64,000 bases of DNA from Candidatus Bathyarchaeia archaeon (GCA_050015395.1 JBEKBM010000005.1:57997-121996); one strand, 5' to 3'; shown: positions 50,769 to 61,110, counted from the stretch's first letter. The notes: generated by a model from the sequence alone, not told the origin. Numbers and translations: made by a program.

Positions 50769-50839
50769 AATTTGGAATTTTTTTTTGGATCCCACAACGT
50801 TGATATCATTCGGTTTATAAACCGTTTTTAACGATTGCA

Positions 50840-51103
50840 ATGACTACTCATTCAGAGATGGAAGCGTTAAAGAAGAGAGAAAACATACAAAACCGCTTTT
50901 GGAACCAAGTTGGCTCTGTTGAACATATTTCATTGCCAAAGCTGGAAGACGCCATAAGAAAAGAGTTCAACTGCAATGACGACAGATTTATCCAAGCACA
51001 AATCAAACTGATGCAAACAGAGGCAAGAATAAGAGTGCAAAGCAGAGTCAAAGTATGGGTTAAACAGCCAAACGCCATCTCACAAGCTAAGCAGCGACTG
51101 TGA
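50840..51103 (+). CDS. Hypothetical protein
   Basis: 87-aa ORF with TATA-like TTTATAA about 25 nt upstream. Confidence 0.6.
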   Translation: MTTHSEMEALKKRENIQNRFWNQVGSVEHISLPKLEDAIRKEFNCNDDRFIQAQIKLMQTEARIRVQSRVKVWVKQPNAISQAKQRL

Positions 51104-51213
51104 AATTGATTGAAAGATTTGGTTTGGCAACAAATTTCTTTTAAATGTTTGGGGAACATATTTAAGCGAGACTAATTGCTTAGCTTAGCTAATTATTAGA
51201 AAAGGCAATTAAT

Positions 51214-51675
51214 ATGATACTTGCTTCAGACGAGGCAGCCCGTGAGTTGCTTGAGGTAGTTCCAGTCATCATGAAGGACATACGATCTGAGATGCGCAGT
51301 CGAAGGTCACCTGATTTATCTGTTCCTCAGTTCCGCACCTTAGCTTTTGTGGACCGCAATGAAGGCGCTTCGCTCTCGGCAGTGGCAAATCATATGGGAC
51401 TGACCCTGCCCTCAACATCTAGGCTTGTGGATGGCCTTATCGCCCGCGGTATGTTAACAAGAGAAGATAATCCAGCTGACAGACGACGTGTAAAATTAGG
51501 CGTTACGAATCATGGATTAATGATTTTGGAGACTTCACGCAGAGGTACCTTGACCTATCTGGCAGACAAAATAGCCAGCCTCAGTGCTGAGGACAGGGAA
51601 GTCATTGCCAAAGCCATGAAAGCTATGCGCTCTGTCTTCATAAACGGCACACAAACACAAGCAGTGGTGAAGTAA
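51214..51675 (+). CDS. MarR-family transcriptional regulator
   Basis: LSVPQFRTL, SRLVDGL, DRRRV. Confidence 0.93.
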   Translation: MILASDEAARELLEVVPVIMKDIRSEMRSRRSPDLSVPQFRTLAFVDRNEGASLSAVANHMGLTLPSTSRLVDGLIARGMLTREDNPADRRRVKLGVTNHGLMILETSRRGTLTYLADKIASLSAEDREVIAKAMKAMRSVFINGTQTQAVVK

Positions 51676-51679
51676 CCTT

Positions 51680-52477
51680 ATGCCTATCCTCACAACTGAA
51701 CACCTCACTCGCCGTTTCGGGCAGCTAACGGCGGTTGATGACCTGACCATATCGGTGGATGAAGGCGAAATCTTCGGTCTCCTCGGTCCCAACGGCGCAG
51801 GCAAATCAACCGTCATCAAAATGATAACTACCCTCCTACCTCCGACTAGTGGAAGCGCAAATGTCGGAGGCTTCGACGTTGTGCATAACGCAAGCAACGT
51901 AAGAAGACTAATTGGTTATGTGCCTCAAGTCCTCTCCGCTGACGGCACCCTCACAGGTCGTGAAAACCTCATGATCTTTGCCAAACTTTATGATATCCCC
52001 AAAAGTGAACGCGCCACACGAATTGACGAGTCACTGGAGTTCATGGGGCTAACCGACGCCTGCGATAAGCTTGTGAAAAACTATTCGGGCGGCATGATCA
52101 GACGGCTGGAGATAGCTCTATCCATGCTGCACCATCCTAAGGTTCTGTTCTTGGATGAACCCACCATCGGTCTTGACCCAGTAGGGCGTAAAGCGGTCTG
52201 GGATCATATCCAAAAACTGCGAGCTGACTACGGCACTACCATCTTTCTTACTACGCACTACATGGAAGAAGCAGACAACCTATGCTTCAGGGTGGCGATC
52301 ATGCATTTAGGAAAATTGGCTGTTATTGGTGCACCTGCCGATTTGAAGGCGTCTCTAAACAAGGAGAACGTTACGCTCGATGACGTGTTCGTATACTACA
52401 GTGGGGGAGAACTCGACAGTGGGGGGAGCTATAGGGAAGCGACCATGACAAGGCGCACGGCGAGGAGGCTCGGCTAA
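51680..52477 (+). CDS. ABC exporter ATP-binding protein (DrrA-like)
   Basis: GPNGAGKS, YSGGM, LDEPT, TTHYMEEA. Confidence 0.95.
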   Translation: MPILTTEHLTRRFGQLTAVDDLTISVDEGEIFGLLGPNGAGKSTVIKMITTLLPPTSGSANVGGFDVVHNASNVRRLIGYVPQVLSADGTLTGRENLMIFAKLYDIPKSERATRIDESLEFMGLTDACDKLVKNYSGGMIRRLEIALSMLHHPKVLFLDEPTIGLDPVGRKAVWDHIQKLRADYGTTIFLTTHYMEEADNLCFRVAIMHLGKLAVIGAPADLKASLNKENVTLDDVFVYYSGGELDSGGSYREATMTRRTARRLG

Positions 52478-52478
52478 A

Positions 52479-53285
52479 ATGATCATGGATAAGGTGAAAA
52501 ATGCGGTCAATTCGGTTGTTTCCTTCTTCAATAAGACGTTGAGCATAGCCGAAATGGAGGTACGGAAACTTCGCCATGACCCAACTGAGCTGATTACCCG
52601 TGCTGTGCAACCCGCGCTCTGGTTACTGATCTTCGGGGAAGTCTTCACAAGGTTGCATATCATACCCACTGGCAATCTATCTTACATATCCTTCATAACG
52701 CCTGGAATTCTGGCTCAAAGCGTGCTCTTTATAGCCATTTTCTACGGTATCGCTATTATCTGGGAACGAGACCTAGGCATTCTTCATAAGTTTCTGGTTA
52801 GTCCTACTCCCCGGCAAGCGTTGGTTCTTGGTAAGGCATTGTCAGCGGGGGTCAGGGCGCTTTCTCAAGTAGCAATCATCTATGTACTGGCTGTGTTGAT
52901 TGGCGTAGGCATAAACTGGAATCCAATAAACCTAACATTGGTGGTGGTCGTTGCAATATTGGCTTCGGCTTTGTTCTCAACGTTTTCACTCATTATAGCT
53001 TCTCTGGTGAAGACGCGTGAACGCTTCATGGGTGTAGGTCAAGTATTGACCATGCCTTTGTTCTTTGCAAGCAACGCCATTTACCCATTATCAATGATGC
53101 CTCGTTGGCTGCAAATTGTTGCGCAAGTTAATCCCCTCACATATGCAGTAGATGCCTTGCGTGGACTTATGATCGTAGGCGGAGTAAGCACTTACGGGGT
53201 TGGCTTTGACTTGCTTGTGCTCTTCGTAGTCATGATAGCCTTGGTGCTAATCGGAGCTAAACTCTACCCAAGAGTAGTCATTTAA
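52479..53285 (+). CDS. ABC-2 type permease (DrrB-like)
   Basis: Six TM segments, WERDLG, NPLTYAVDALR. Confidence 0.93.
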   Translation: MIMDKVKNAVNSVVSFFNKTLSIAEMEVRKLRHDPTELITRAVQPALWLLIFGEVFTRLHIIPTGNLSYISFITPGILAQSVLFIAIFYGIAIIWERDLGILHKFLVSPTPRQALVLGKALSAGVRALSQVAIIYVLAVLIGVGINWNPINLTLVVVVAILASALFSTFSLIIASLVKTRERFMGVGQVLTMPLFFASNAIYPLSMMPRWLQIVAQVNPLTYAVDALRGLMIVGGVSTYGVGFDLLVLFVVMIALVLIGAKLYPRVVI

Positions 53286-53440
53286 AGCAAACTGGATTTC
53301 TAACCGCAAGCTGAACAGCAACATTGGTGAAAATAAAGATTAACCGAATAGGGGCAAAGGCAGCAAATGAATGCTTATAGTCCAAAATTGGTAGCTTAAG
53401 TGTAGATTCTATTTTTCGCGACAGCTTGGGTCTTGTTTTA

Positions 53441-54064
53441 TCAATCGACCCGGTTTTGCAGTACGTTGACTGTTCCAGTTTTTCCGAGCCGCAGTTGTCT
53501 TTCACCTTTAAATGTGGAAACTGAAGCGTTCTTAATCTGTACTGTGTCGCCCACACTAACAAAGTCTACCTGTTTATTCCAGAGACAAAGCTTAATTTTT
53601 CCTGTCTCGTCCGCTATCCAAGCATTGGTCACTTTGGCGCTGTTTCCGTACCGTGTTTGGACTGTTGAGGGCGTTGGAGTCTCGAGAACTTTAGCTTCTA
53701 TGTTAACTTTTTTCATTCCATGCCGCAGGTCTTGAACCAGAGTGGATTGTTTTGGTGATGTATTTTGTCTGTTCATTTGTCTGCGTATTTTGTCGGTGTC
53801 CATCCAGTTTTCGAAGCAGATGTCTTTTCTCAGGAGAAGCTCTTCAGCAACTCGAAACTGCACTATTACTTTGGTGTCTTTGGTAATTAGAAAGACGGCC
53901 TTGTCTTTTAGGCTGCAACGGTATTCAACCATTAGATTTTGACATGTGGTTTTTCCTTTTTCTCTGGCTACAACCATGGCTTGGTAAAGCTCTGCAAGGT
54001 AGATACCTTGTTTTACGGAAAGAAACGCGAGGTACTCCATTATCGTCGCCTTTTTTTGGTTCAA
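53441..54064 (-). CDS. OB-fold single-stranded DNA-binding protein with N-terminal extension
   Basis: C-terminal VNIEAKV...IADETGKIKLCLWN...GDTVQI.NA...FKGE.QL. Confidence 0.85.
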   Translation of the reverse strand: MNQKKATIMEYLAFLSVKQGIYLAELYQAMVVAREKGKTTCQNLMVEYRCSLKDKAVFLITKDTKVIVQFRVAEELLLRKDICFENWMDTDKIRRQMNRQNTSPKQSTLVQDLRHGMKKVNIEAKVLETPTPSTVQTRYGNSAKVTNAWIADETGKIKLCLWNKQVDFVSVGDTVQIKNASVSTFKGERQLRLGKTGTVNVLQNRVD

Positions 54065-54550
54065 ACTTCCCCCTCCTGATGTTGTTTGCCAGAGATTGTC
54101 TTGAAAAAGTATGTTCTTCTCGGCGCAGGTTTTACTCTTTCTTGAATAATCCCGACAATCGTAAACTATTGCGCTGTTGACTATATAGGTTAGTTACCCA
54201 AGATAAGGCGTTTCTCCATGCAGTTTCTGTTTTTAGAAGCCCCGTGGAGCATGTGGAGTTCGCCCAACGCGCTAAGCAGCTTTGTAGGCGCCTACCTGAC
54301 GGCTTTGGGGCTTCTTGCAGCGTCTTTCTTTCTAGCAGGAATATTCTATATCATTTCGATAATGCTGTTCTAGTATTTATTCCGAAAGACGGTAGCCTAA
54401 GGAGCGCACGCGCTAAAAGTACTAAAAGACTGCTATGGCTTCTTTTTGCACTTTACAAATATGACAGGGCTTCAACAAATAAGATGAAAATCCACTGTAT
54501 GTTTTTATTTGATGCGCCATTTAGACTTAATACAATTGGAATTGAACGAT

Positions 54551-54931
54551 ATGAGAACTATTGCTCTTGTAGCACATGATAACAAGAAAAAGGATATGGT
54601 TGAGTGGTGTGATTTCAACAAAGGAACATTATCTCACTATTACCTGTACGCAACAGGAAGCACTGGTGAGCATATAATTGAAAAAACAGGATTGCCGATA
54701 AATCTGCTAAAGAGCGGACCTTATGGTGGAGATATGGAGATTGGAGCTTTGATTGCAAATAAGAAACTGGATATTCTGATATTCTTTTGGGATCCTTTGG
54801 AGTCTCAGTCTCATGATGTTGATGTTAAAGCTCTTCTTAGAATGGCAGTACTGTACAATATTCCAACTGCCTGTAACAGAGCAACAGCGGACATGATAAT
54901 CTCAAGTCCCATGTTCAACACGCAGCAATAA
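54551..54931 (+). CDS. mgsA: Methylglyoxal synthase
   Basis: IALVAHDNKK, ATGSTG, SGPYGGD, FFWDP, HDVDVKALLR. Confidence 0.96.
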   Translation: MRTIALVAHDNKKKDMVEWCDFNKGTLSHYYLYATGSTGEHIIEKTGLPINLLKSGPYGGDMEIGALIANKKLDILIFFWDPLESQSHDVDVKALLRMAVLYNIPTACNRATADMIISSPMFNTQQ

Positions 54932-55029
54932 ACTGTTCCTAAGTCAGAACCTCGCTTTTCATTTCACGGAACCTTCCATGCGGGATTCCTTGGAATGTTT
55001 TCGGGTTTGGCGTATGCTTTCTTTATGTG

Positions 55030-56271
55030 TTATTTCTTGGGTGTTAGAATTGCTGTTGAGTAGTTTTTGTCTTGAAAATATTTGTTTGCTACTTCTGTTA
55101 TGTCTAGTTCTGTTAATGAATTTATCTTGTTAGTGTAGTCTATTAGGGAGTTTTCGTTTTCAAAGTGGATTTCATCATAGGCAAGTAGTCTGGGTAATTC
55201 ATGAGAATTGTCTATTGTTCTGAATATGGTTCCAAGCAACAAGTTTTTACTTTTGTCCAATTCGTTTTTTGTCGGTGGATGGTTTTTGATTTTTTGCAGC
55301 TCATCTCGAATCAGTGTTTGAGTAAGATTAAGTGACTTTGTTCCAACTGGACAGGTTACAGAGAAATAGCCATAATCCAAACCCGACACATTGATTGCGT
55401 CAAAGTCATATGTTAAGGCTCTTTTCTCGCGTAATTCCACAAATAACCTAGAGCTTTCGCCTATTCCCAAGAGCGATTCGGTTAGGTCCAATGATGGCGT
55501 ATCAATATCTCGGGTTGGAGCTGTTCTAAGACCAAAACTTAGGTAGGCTTGAGTTAAGCCAGATTTTTTGATTATTACTTCTTTTTTAGGTTTACTTTCT
55601 TCAAGCTTGCGGTTTCTTCTTGATATTGAGCCATTGTTTTCTCTATCTTGAAATTCTCTGAGAACGGTTTCTTTATCTTTATTTGAAAAATTTCCAGTCA
55701 GTATCAGTATCATGTTTTGTGGAACATAATAATTTTGATGCGCTTTCTCTATGTTGCCCATCGTAAACTGATTTATTGTCTTTTTTAAACCTAGAATTGG
55801 GTTTCTTAGCGGATGATTTTTGAAAAGACATTTGATTAATGTTTCTCTAATTAGCTCTTGAGGATTATCATGATCTTCAGCAATCTCATTTAGTATTACC
55901 TTACGTTCAAGCTCAAGCTTGTCTTTTTCGAACGTAGAATCAAAAAGAAGCTCTGAAAGAACCTTTGAAGCTTCAGCAATTTTTCCAGATAAAACATCCA
56001 TTGAACTGAAAGTGAATTCGTCAGAGGTTTCAAAATCTGAGCATCCGCCCAATTTCTCTATTTCATGATGAAGCTTTATTCTTCTTTGGGAGCCGCTTAC
56101 TAACATGTGCTCAAGAAAATGAGCATTGCCCGATTTTTCATCGGCGTCATCATTTGATCCGTATTTAATCGCAACAGACAATTGAGCCGTCAACCCCGAC
56201 AAACGTGGATACAACAATACAGTTAACCCGTTTGAAAGGACTTTTCTTTCCCAAGACAGACTGCGGTTCAT
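55030..56271 (-). CDS. M16 (pitrilysin-family) zinc peptidase
   Basis: LSNGL, HFLEH inverted zincin motif, SSRLFVELREK. Confidence 0.93.
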   Translation of the reverse strand: MNRSLSWERKVLSNGLTVLLYPRLSGLTAQLSVAIKYGSNDDADEKSGNAHFLEHMLVSGSQRRIKLHHEIEKLGGCSDFETSDEFTFSSMDVLSGKIAEASKVLSELLFDSTFEKDKLELERKVILNEIAEDHDNPQELIRETLIKCLFKNHPLRNPILGLKKTINQFTMGNIEKAHQNYYVPQNMILILTGNFSNKDKETVLREFQDRENNGSISRRNRKLEESKPKKEVIIKKSGLTQAYLSFGLRTAPTRDIDTPSLDLTESLLGIGESSRLFVELREKRALTYDFDAINVSGLDYGYFSVTCPVGTKSLNLTQTLIRDELQKIKNHPPTKNELDKSKNLLLGTIFRTIDNSHELPRLLAYDEIHFENENSLIDYTNKINSLTELDITEVANKYFQDKNYSTAILTPKK

Positions 56272-56451
56272 ATCAGCAAAATAGCTTAAGCGCCTAAAAA
56301 GTTTGATTCTACCAAAAAATAAGATATGGCGGTGTGCACACACAGAAACGTCGAAACTTATTTTTTGTTTCTCTGGCAAGCGCGCTAAATCAAAAAGGTT
56401 ACGAAACTTCTATATGTTAGGTATCAAGCTTTGAACTAGCAGCGATTGAAT

Positions 56452-56637
56452 ATGAACCCTGAAAATTATAAAACGAAAAGGAAAGGACAGCCCAAACGAA
56501 ATAGCGCGGCTAATAGATCCAAACGTCGTATGCTTGCAAAGGCTAAAGAACCCAACACTTCTCCCAAACTGCGTGAAATCTACTCCACAAAAATTGAATG
56601 GGCAATTAAGACAATGCCCGCATTAAAAGAGAAGTAG
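56452..56637 (+). CDS. Small basic hypothetical protein
   Basis: K/R-rich ORF with TATA-like CTATAT upstream; no family recognised. Confidence 0.45.
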   Translation: MNPENYKTKRKGQPKRNSAANRSKRRMLAKAKEPNTSPKLREIYSTKIEWAIKTMPALKEK

Positions 56638-56758
56638 AAGCGCCAGAAGAAATCGTAAGGTTGGCTTTCTAAATTATATTTCTAAAAAAGATAAAATTTT
56701 AGAAAATAAATATAACTTTTTATTTTTGATTTCGAATTATCTGAGAACTAAATGAACT

Positions 56759-56836
56759 TGGTGGGGCTGCCCGGATTTGAACCGGGGTCTATAGAGCCCA
56801 AGTCTACAAGCCTAGACCAAGCTAGCCGACAGCCCC
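56759..56836 (-). tRNA. tRNA-Pro(TGG), CCA encoded
   Basis: GGGGCTG/CAGCCCC+ACCA; anticodon arm GTAGA-CTTGGGC-TCTAT; GGTTCAAATCC T-loop. Confidence 0.95.
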
Positions 56837-56946
56837 AAGGTGTTGCAGGGAAAGATAATTTCCAATGCATCATAAAAACCTTAGCTAAACCACTAAGCGT
56901 TTGACAGCAACCGCTTCTCGAATTCAAGATGCAACAACCAACCCGG

Positions 56947-56990
56947 AAAGTCGCAACTTAAAAAAACCGAAAAGTCGCAACTTAAAAAAA
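56947..56990. repeat. Tandem duplication of AAAGTCGCAACTTAAAAAAA (period 24)
   Basis: Two exact 20-bp copies at 56947 and 56971. Confidence 0.85.
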
Positions 56991-57050
56991 TCAGAAAAAA
57001 CCAAACCCGAAAAACTAAAAAAAGAGAAAAAAGAAAAAAATTGTTTTTTT

Positions 57051-57317
57051 TTACCTGTATTCTTTGATAGTTGTTGCGGGCATTGTGAGTGTTTCAGTTA
57101 CGCCGTCGATTGAGCGGATTTTGTCGCCTACAAAGTGTAGTGCATTATCGTTGCTGTCGGCTTCAAACCATACGGCAATGTCCCAGTTTCCAAAGACATT
57201 GTAGGAAGCGTTAACGTTTACGCCTTGCATTGGTTGCCTTGACATGGATGAGATAGAGTTAAAGAAAGCCTCAGTTTTCAATGGGTTCACCTTTATTAAA
57301 ACTAGGTATTTTTGCAT
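57051..57317 (-). CDS. Lrp/AsnC ligand-binding (or GYD-like) domain protein
   Basis: YNVFGNWDIAVWFEA...IRSIDGVTETLT. Confidence 0.8.
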   Translation of the reverse strand: MQKYLVLIKVNPLKTEAFFNSISSMSRQPMQGVNVNASYNVFGNWDIAVWFEADSNDNALHFVGDKIRSIDGVTETLTMPATTIKEYR

Positions 57318-57433
57318 GTTTTTTTGCATTCTACTTTTCACCGAGGAAATTTAACATGGAAGGCACGCTTTAAACATGTGTGACTGTAACCACACCATAA
57401 CAACCATTGTGATTTTGCGCTTCAGGCGATAAA

Positions 57434-57718
57434 TCAGTTTGGTTGCAGAATTAAGAGTGCTTCTTTAATTTGAGCTTGGCATTCCCTGCATTTCTTCATG
57501 AATTCCTCGGTTGCTAATGGACCGTTAACATCACAAACAATTCTGGAACAAGCATCATAAGTGAAGCAGCAAACTGGAAAGCGGTCAGATTCTTTAAATG
57601 CGCCTTTAATGATTGATAATTCCGCAGCAACGTTGCTGGAAGCTTCTTCGTCAGGCTCACTGTCCATTTGCGATAGCTGGTTTAGGACGTAGTCTAACCG
57701 TTTTTTTATGCTTGTCAA
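57434..57718 (-). CDS. Hypothetical Cys-containing protein
   Basis: 94-aa ORF with CC, C, C and CxxC residues. Confidence 0.55.
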   Translation of the reverse strand: MTSIKKRLDYVLNQLSQMDSEPDEEASSNVAAELSIIKGAFKESDRFPVCCFTYDACSRIVCDVNGPLATEEFMKKCRECQAQIKEALLILQPN

Positions 57719-57849
57719 CCCTTTACCCCTGTTTCATTTGAATGCACACTAGAAGTATTAAAAATTAATCATTAGATGAATAAAAAATTCAGGCGCATCG
57801 GGCAAAATTCATGAATCAAAAGTTCGCATGCAGACAACTTTTGCTGCAA

Positions 57850-58080
57850 CTAGGCATTAACTTTTCTAACATGCGCTGAAGCCCGCATTGCAGCCATCGC
57901 TCCTTCTCCAGTCGCCGTGACCACTTGCATTCCGCCGCAAGTACAATCCCCAGCTGCAAAAACTCCTTCAATACTTGTTCTTTGCTGGCGATCAACAGTT
58001 AAGCAGCCATTCCTGTCAGTGGCTACTCCAGCGTTTTTTACTATAGCAGTCATGGGAACGCCTCCCAAAGAAACAAAAAC
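57850..58080 (-). pseudogene. C-terminal fragment of thioredoxin reductase-like flavoprotein
   Basis: TSIEGVFAAGDCT...QVVTATGEGAMAA; N-terminal two-thirds absent. Confidence 0.8.
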
Positions 58081-58178
58081 AAGATGGTTATAATCTGCAG
58101 GTGCGCATATAGTTCTCTTGTAATAATTTATCAATAAAGCAGCTAAAATTAAAAAAGAAAAATTAAGAAATTGAGTTT

Positions 58179-59834
58179 TTATTCTTCGCCTTCAGGACCG
58201 CCAGGCATTCCGCCGCCTGGGCCACCTGGACCGCCTTTTGGTGATTTGGCTGTTATGACGTCGTCTATGCGTAGTATCATGGCTGCTGATTCAGCTGCGG
58301 ATTTGATGGCTTGTTCTTTGACTACTAGTGGTTCTATGACTCCTTCTTCGACGCTGTTTTGCAGTTTGCCTGTGAAAACGTTGATGCCTATGTTTTTGCC
58401 TTCTGGTGCATCGTGTTTTGAGCGTAGTTCGACAAGGATATCTATTGGTTGGAGACCTGCGTTTTCTGCGAGTGTACGTGGAATTACTTCTACTGCGTCT
58501 GCGAATGCTTCAACGGCTAATTGTTCTCTTCCACCGACTTTGGTTGCGTACTTGCGTAATTCTTTAGCTACTTCAATTTCTACTGCTCCGCCGCCTGCAA
58601 CGATTTTGTTGTTCTCGATTACGTCTGAGACTACTGATAGTGAGTCGATTATGGCTCTTTCTGCTTCGTCAACCATGCGTTCGAGTCCCGCGCGGATCAG
58701 TATGGCTACGCTGTGTGGGTCTTTGCATTTTTCGACGAATATCATTTTGTCGTCGCCGATTTTGCGCTCGTCCACTAAGCCTGCCAAGCCAAGGTCTGCT
58801 GGTTTGAGGTCGTCTAAGTCGCTGATTATTCTTCCGCCTGTTGCTCTTGCGAGTTTTTCCATGTCTGACTCTTTCACGCGTCTTGCTGCCATTATGCCAG
58901 CTTTGGCTAGGAAGTGTTGAACCATGTCGTCGATGCCTTTTTGGCAGAAAACTATGTCTGCGCCTGAGGCTTTGACTTTTGTAACCATGTTCTGCATCAT
59001 GTTGTTTTCTTGGTCTAGGAATGCTTTCATTTGTGATGGGTCTTTGATGCGGATTTCAGCGCTCATTTCTGTTTTCTCTATTTCTAGTGCTATATCTAAG
59101 AGGAGGATCTTTGCGTTTTCTTTTGTCTTTGGCATTCCTGGATTAACGACTTCTTTGTCAATGATTATTCCTCTGATAAGTTGGGTTTCAATGAGGCTTT
59201 TACCTGTTTTCTTGACGAGTTGGATGTTGTCTATGTCAGCTATAGTTTTGTCGCCGCGTTGCTCTGCAATTTGCTTGACTGCGTCAATGGATATTTCTGC
59301 TAGGTGCTCCCTTGCTGAGCCTACTGATTTGCTGCTCATTGAAGTTAATGCGACTTTGAGAAGTGTTTTGCGGTCGTTTACGTCAAGTGGAATAGCCATT
59401 TTGTTCATGATTTCGATTGCTTTTTGCGATGCTTTTCGGTAGCCGCTTACTAGAATTATTGGGTGAATGTTTTGGTCCAATAGTTCTTCAGCTTTTTTGA
59501 GCAGTTCGCTTGCGAGGACGACTGCAGTTGTGGTTCCGTCGCCAACCATGTCGTCTTGTGTTTTGGCGATTTCAACCATCATTTTTGCTGCTGGGTGTTC
59601 AACGTCAATTTCTTTTAGGATTGCTGCACCGTCGTTTGTTATTGTTATGTCGCCTAGGCTGTCAACGAGCATTTTGTCCATGCCCCTTGGGCCTAATGTG
59701 GTTTTGAGTACTTCACCGATTACTTGTGCAGCCATTATATTGTTTCTTTGGGCTTCTTTACCCCTGCTCCGGGTTGTTCCTTCTTTAAGAATCAATACCG
59801 GTTGTCCTGAACCTGTTGTTGTTAAATACGCCAT
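58179..59834 (-). CDS. ths: Thermosome (group II chaperonin) subunit
   Basis: [32 protein letters not shown]. Confidence 0.98.
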   Translation of the reverse strand: MAYLTTTGSGQPVLILKEGTTRSRGKEAQRNNIMAAQVIGEVLKTTLGPRGMDKMLVDSLGDITITNDGAAILKEIDVEHPAAKMMVEIAKTQDDMVGDGTTTAVVLASELLKKAEELLDQNIHPIILVSGYRKASQKAIEIMNKMAIPLDVNDRKTLLKVALTSMSSKSVGSAREHLAEISIDAVKQIAEQRGDKTIADIDNIQLVKKTGKSLIETQLIRGIIIDKEVVNPGMPKTKENAKILLLDIALEIEKTEMSAEIRIKDPSQMKAFLDQENNMMQNMVTKVKASGADIVFCQKGIDDMVQHFLAKAGIMAARRVKESDMEKLARATGGRIISDLDDLKPADLGLAGLVDERKIGDDKMIFVEKCKDPHSVAILIRAGLERMVDEAERAIIDSLSVVSDVIENNKIVAGGGAVEIEVAKELRKYATKVGGREQLAVEAFADAVEVIPRTLAENAGLQPIDILVELRSKHDAPEGKNIGINVFTGKLQNSVEEGVIEPLVVKEQAIKSAAESAAMILRIDDVITAKSPKGGPGGPGGGMPGGPEGEE

Positions 59835-59973
59835 ATATTATCCCTACATTACAAGAACTTTATCTATTTTCGGAAATAAGCAAAAACCCAACGGGAATAT
59901 AAACATTTAGCTTTGAATTTGGGCGGTTGTACTTTCTGTTGAGGGGGTTAGTGGGGGGCTTTTGGTTGCTGAC

Positions 59974-60076
59974 TGCTTTTTGTGGTTGGTTTTTTGGCGC
60001 AAATAGCAGGGTAGGTCTATAGGTGGGCAGTTTTGGTTAGGTCTTGTTTTGGGTTGCTTTTTTGGTTTAGGGCTTG
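59974..60076 (+). repeat. Dispersed ~110-bp intergenic repeat, copy C
   Basis: CAAATAGCAGGGTAGGTCTATAGG core plus CTTGTTTTGGGTTGCTTTTTTGGTTTAGGGCTTG. Confidence 0.85.
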
Positions 60077-60220
60077 CTGCGTTTGCAGGCTGCGTTCTCT
60101 CCCGTTTGCGTCTGCTCCCGATCATTCTGTCTTTTGCCGCTTCTTCCCACCCTTGACAGCCCTAAACACTCACGCTTTATTCATCTTCGTCTTCATGCCT
60201 GAGCTCGTCAAGTAACTTAT

Positions 60221-60418
60221 CTATTTGTCCGCGGTAACAGGGTCTGAGTATGCGCCTATCATGTCCCAGAATGACGCCCATATTGACTTTTTAGGTTGCA
60301 GTAGTATGCCTTCCTCGGTTTCAATAATTTTAAGCCTGCCTTCTATTTTGTATTTTTTGCGAACTGCAGCGGGAATAGTGATTCGACCTCTCTTTCCAAC
60401 GACAATTTCAGTTGCCAT
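60221..60418 (-). CDS. AbrB/MazE-family antitoxin, orphan, probably frameshifted near the C-terminus
   Basis: VGKRGRITIPAAVRKKYKI; a typical acidic tail (DKLLDELRHEDEDE*) continues in another frame; no toxin follows. Confidence 0.75.
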   Translation of the reverse strand: MATEIVVGKRGRITIPAAVRKKYKIEGRLKIIETEEGILLQPKKSIWASFWDMIGAYSDPVTADK

Positions 60419-60554
60419 CTTTTAATCAGCAAAAGTTTTAGGGAATTACTTGTTAAATAGTCTTATCGCTTTTTTAGAATATTGATAAGCTGCTGTTTAG
60501 TGGTTGCAAAGGCTTTTAGGCATAAACCGCCCCTTGTTCCATCAGTGACCCTGT

Positions 60555-61091
60555 ATGAGTCTGCTTGAAGCTAACGATTTCATCATGAAAAAGAAAATCC
60601 TCTCAGCCCACGAACACTACGACTTCTTAGACCTGCAGGGCAACAAGCTGGGCGAGGCCGACGGCAGCCTCGTTCAGGTTCCGCCAAAGTTTGAAGTCAA
60701 GGACACCCACGGCTTAGAGCTTATGCATTTGCAGGGCAAAGTGTTCTCGCTGCGGCATGACTTTACTTTTTACGGCTCAGGCGGCGAGGCGCTGGGAACA
60801 ATAAAGAAGAAGATAGTCAAGCTGGTTGGGGAAGAATTCTGGGTGGAAAAAAACGGCGAAGAGTTCATGCGAGTCTACGGAAACTTCACCGAGCATGAGT
60901 ACCAGATGGAGGTCGCTGGGGTTCCAGTTGCTTCTGTTCACAAGAAATGGGTATCTGTAAGAGACCAACTTGGAGTATCAATAACTGGAGATGTTGACCA
61001 CCGAGTAGTTATTGGAGCGGTGATTGTGATAGAACACGTAGAAGTCACAAAGAAACAATCTTCATCAGGCTCAATGAACATAAATCTTTAA
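60555..61091 (+). CDS. LURP-one/scramblase (tubby C-terminal-like) protein
   Basis: MKKKILS...YDF.D..G, K.FSLR, GNF..HEY, VA.VHKKW.S.RD. Confidence 0.85.
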   Translation: MSLLEANDFIMKKKILSAHEHYDFLDLQGNKLGEADGSLVQVPPKFEVKDTHGLELMHLQGKVFSLRHDFTFYGSGGEALGTIKKKIVKLVGEEFWVEKNGEEFMRVYGNFTEHEYQMEVAGVPVASVHKKWVSVRDQLGVSITGDVDHRVVIGAVIVIEHVEVTKKQSSSGSMNINL

Positions 61092-61110
61092 CTAGACCAA
61101 GCTAGCCGAC
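61092..61110. repeat. 19-bp exact copy of the tRNA-Pro D-arm region (56812-56830)
   Basis: CTAGACCAAGCTAGCCGAC at both sites, same orientation. Confidence 0.85.

Noticed and set aside
56901-57113. 70-aa lysine-rich ORF
   Set aside because: Arises from a poly-A terminator-like tract and a 24-bp tandem duplication, and overlaps a real gene on the opposite strand.
58171-59910. Long plus-strand ORFs (249, 172 and 147 aa) opposite the thermosome gene
   Set aside because: Antisense shadow ORFs of a conserved gene; the same applies to those opposite aglB, the P-type ATPase and the Lon-like gene.
59907-60215. Short ORFs upstream of the thermosome gene
   Set aside because: Low-complexity translations of the G/T-biased dispersed repeat.
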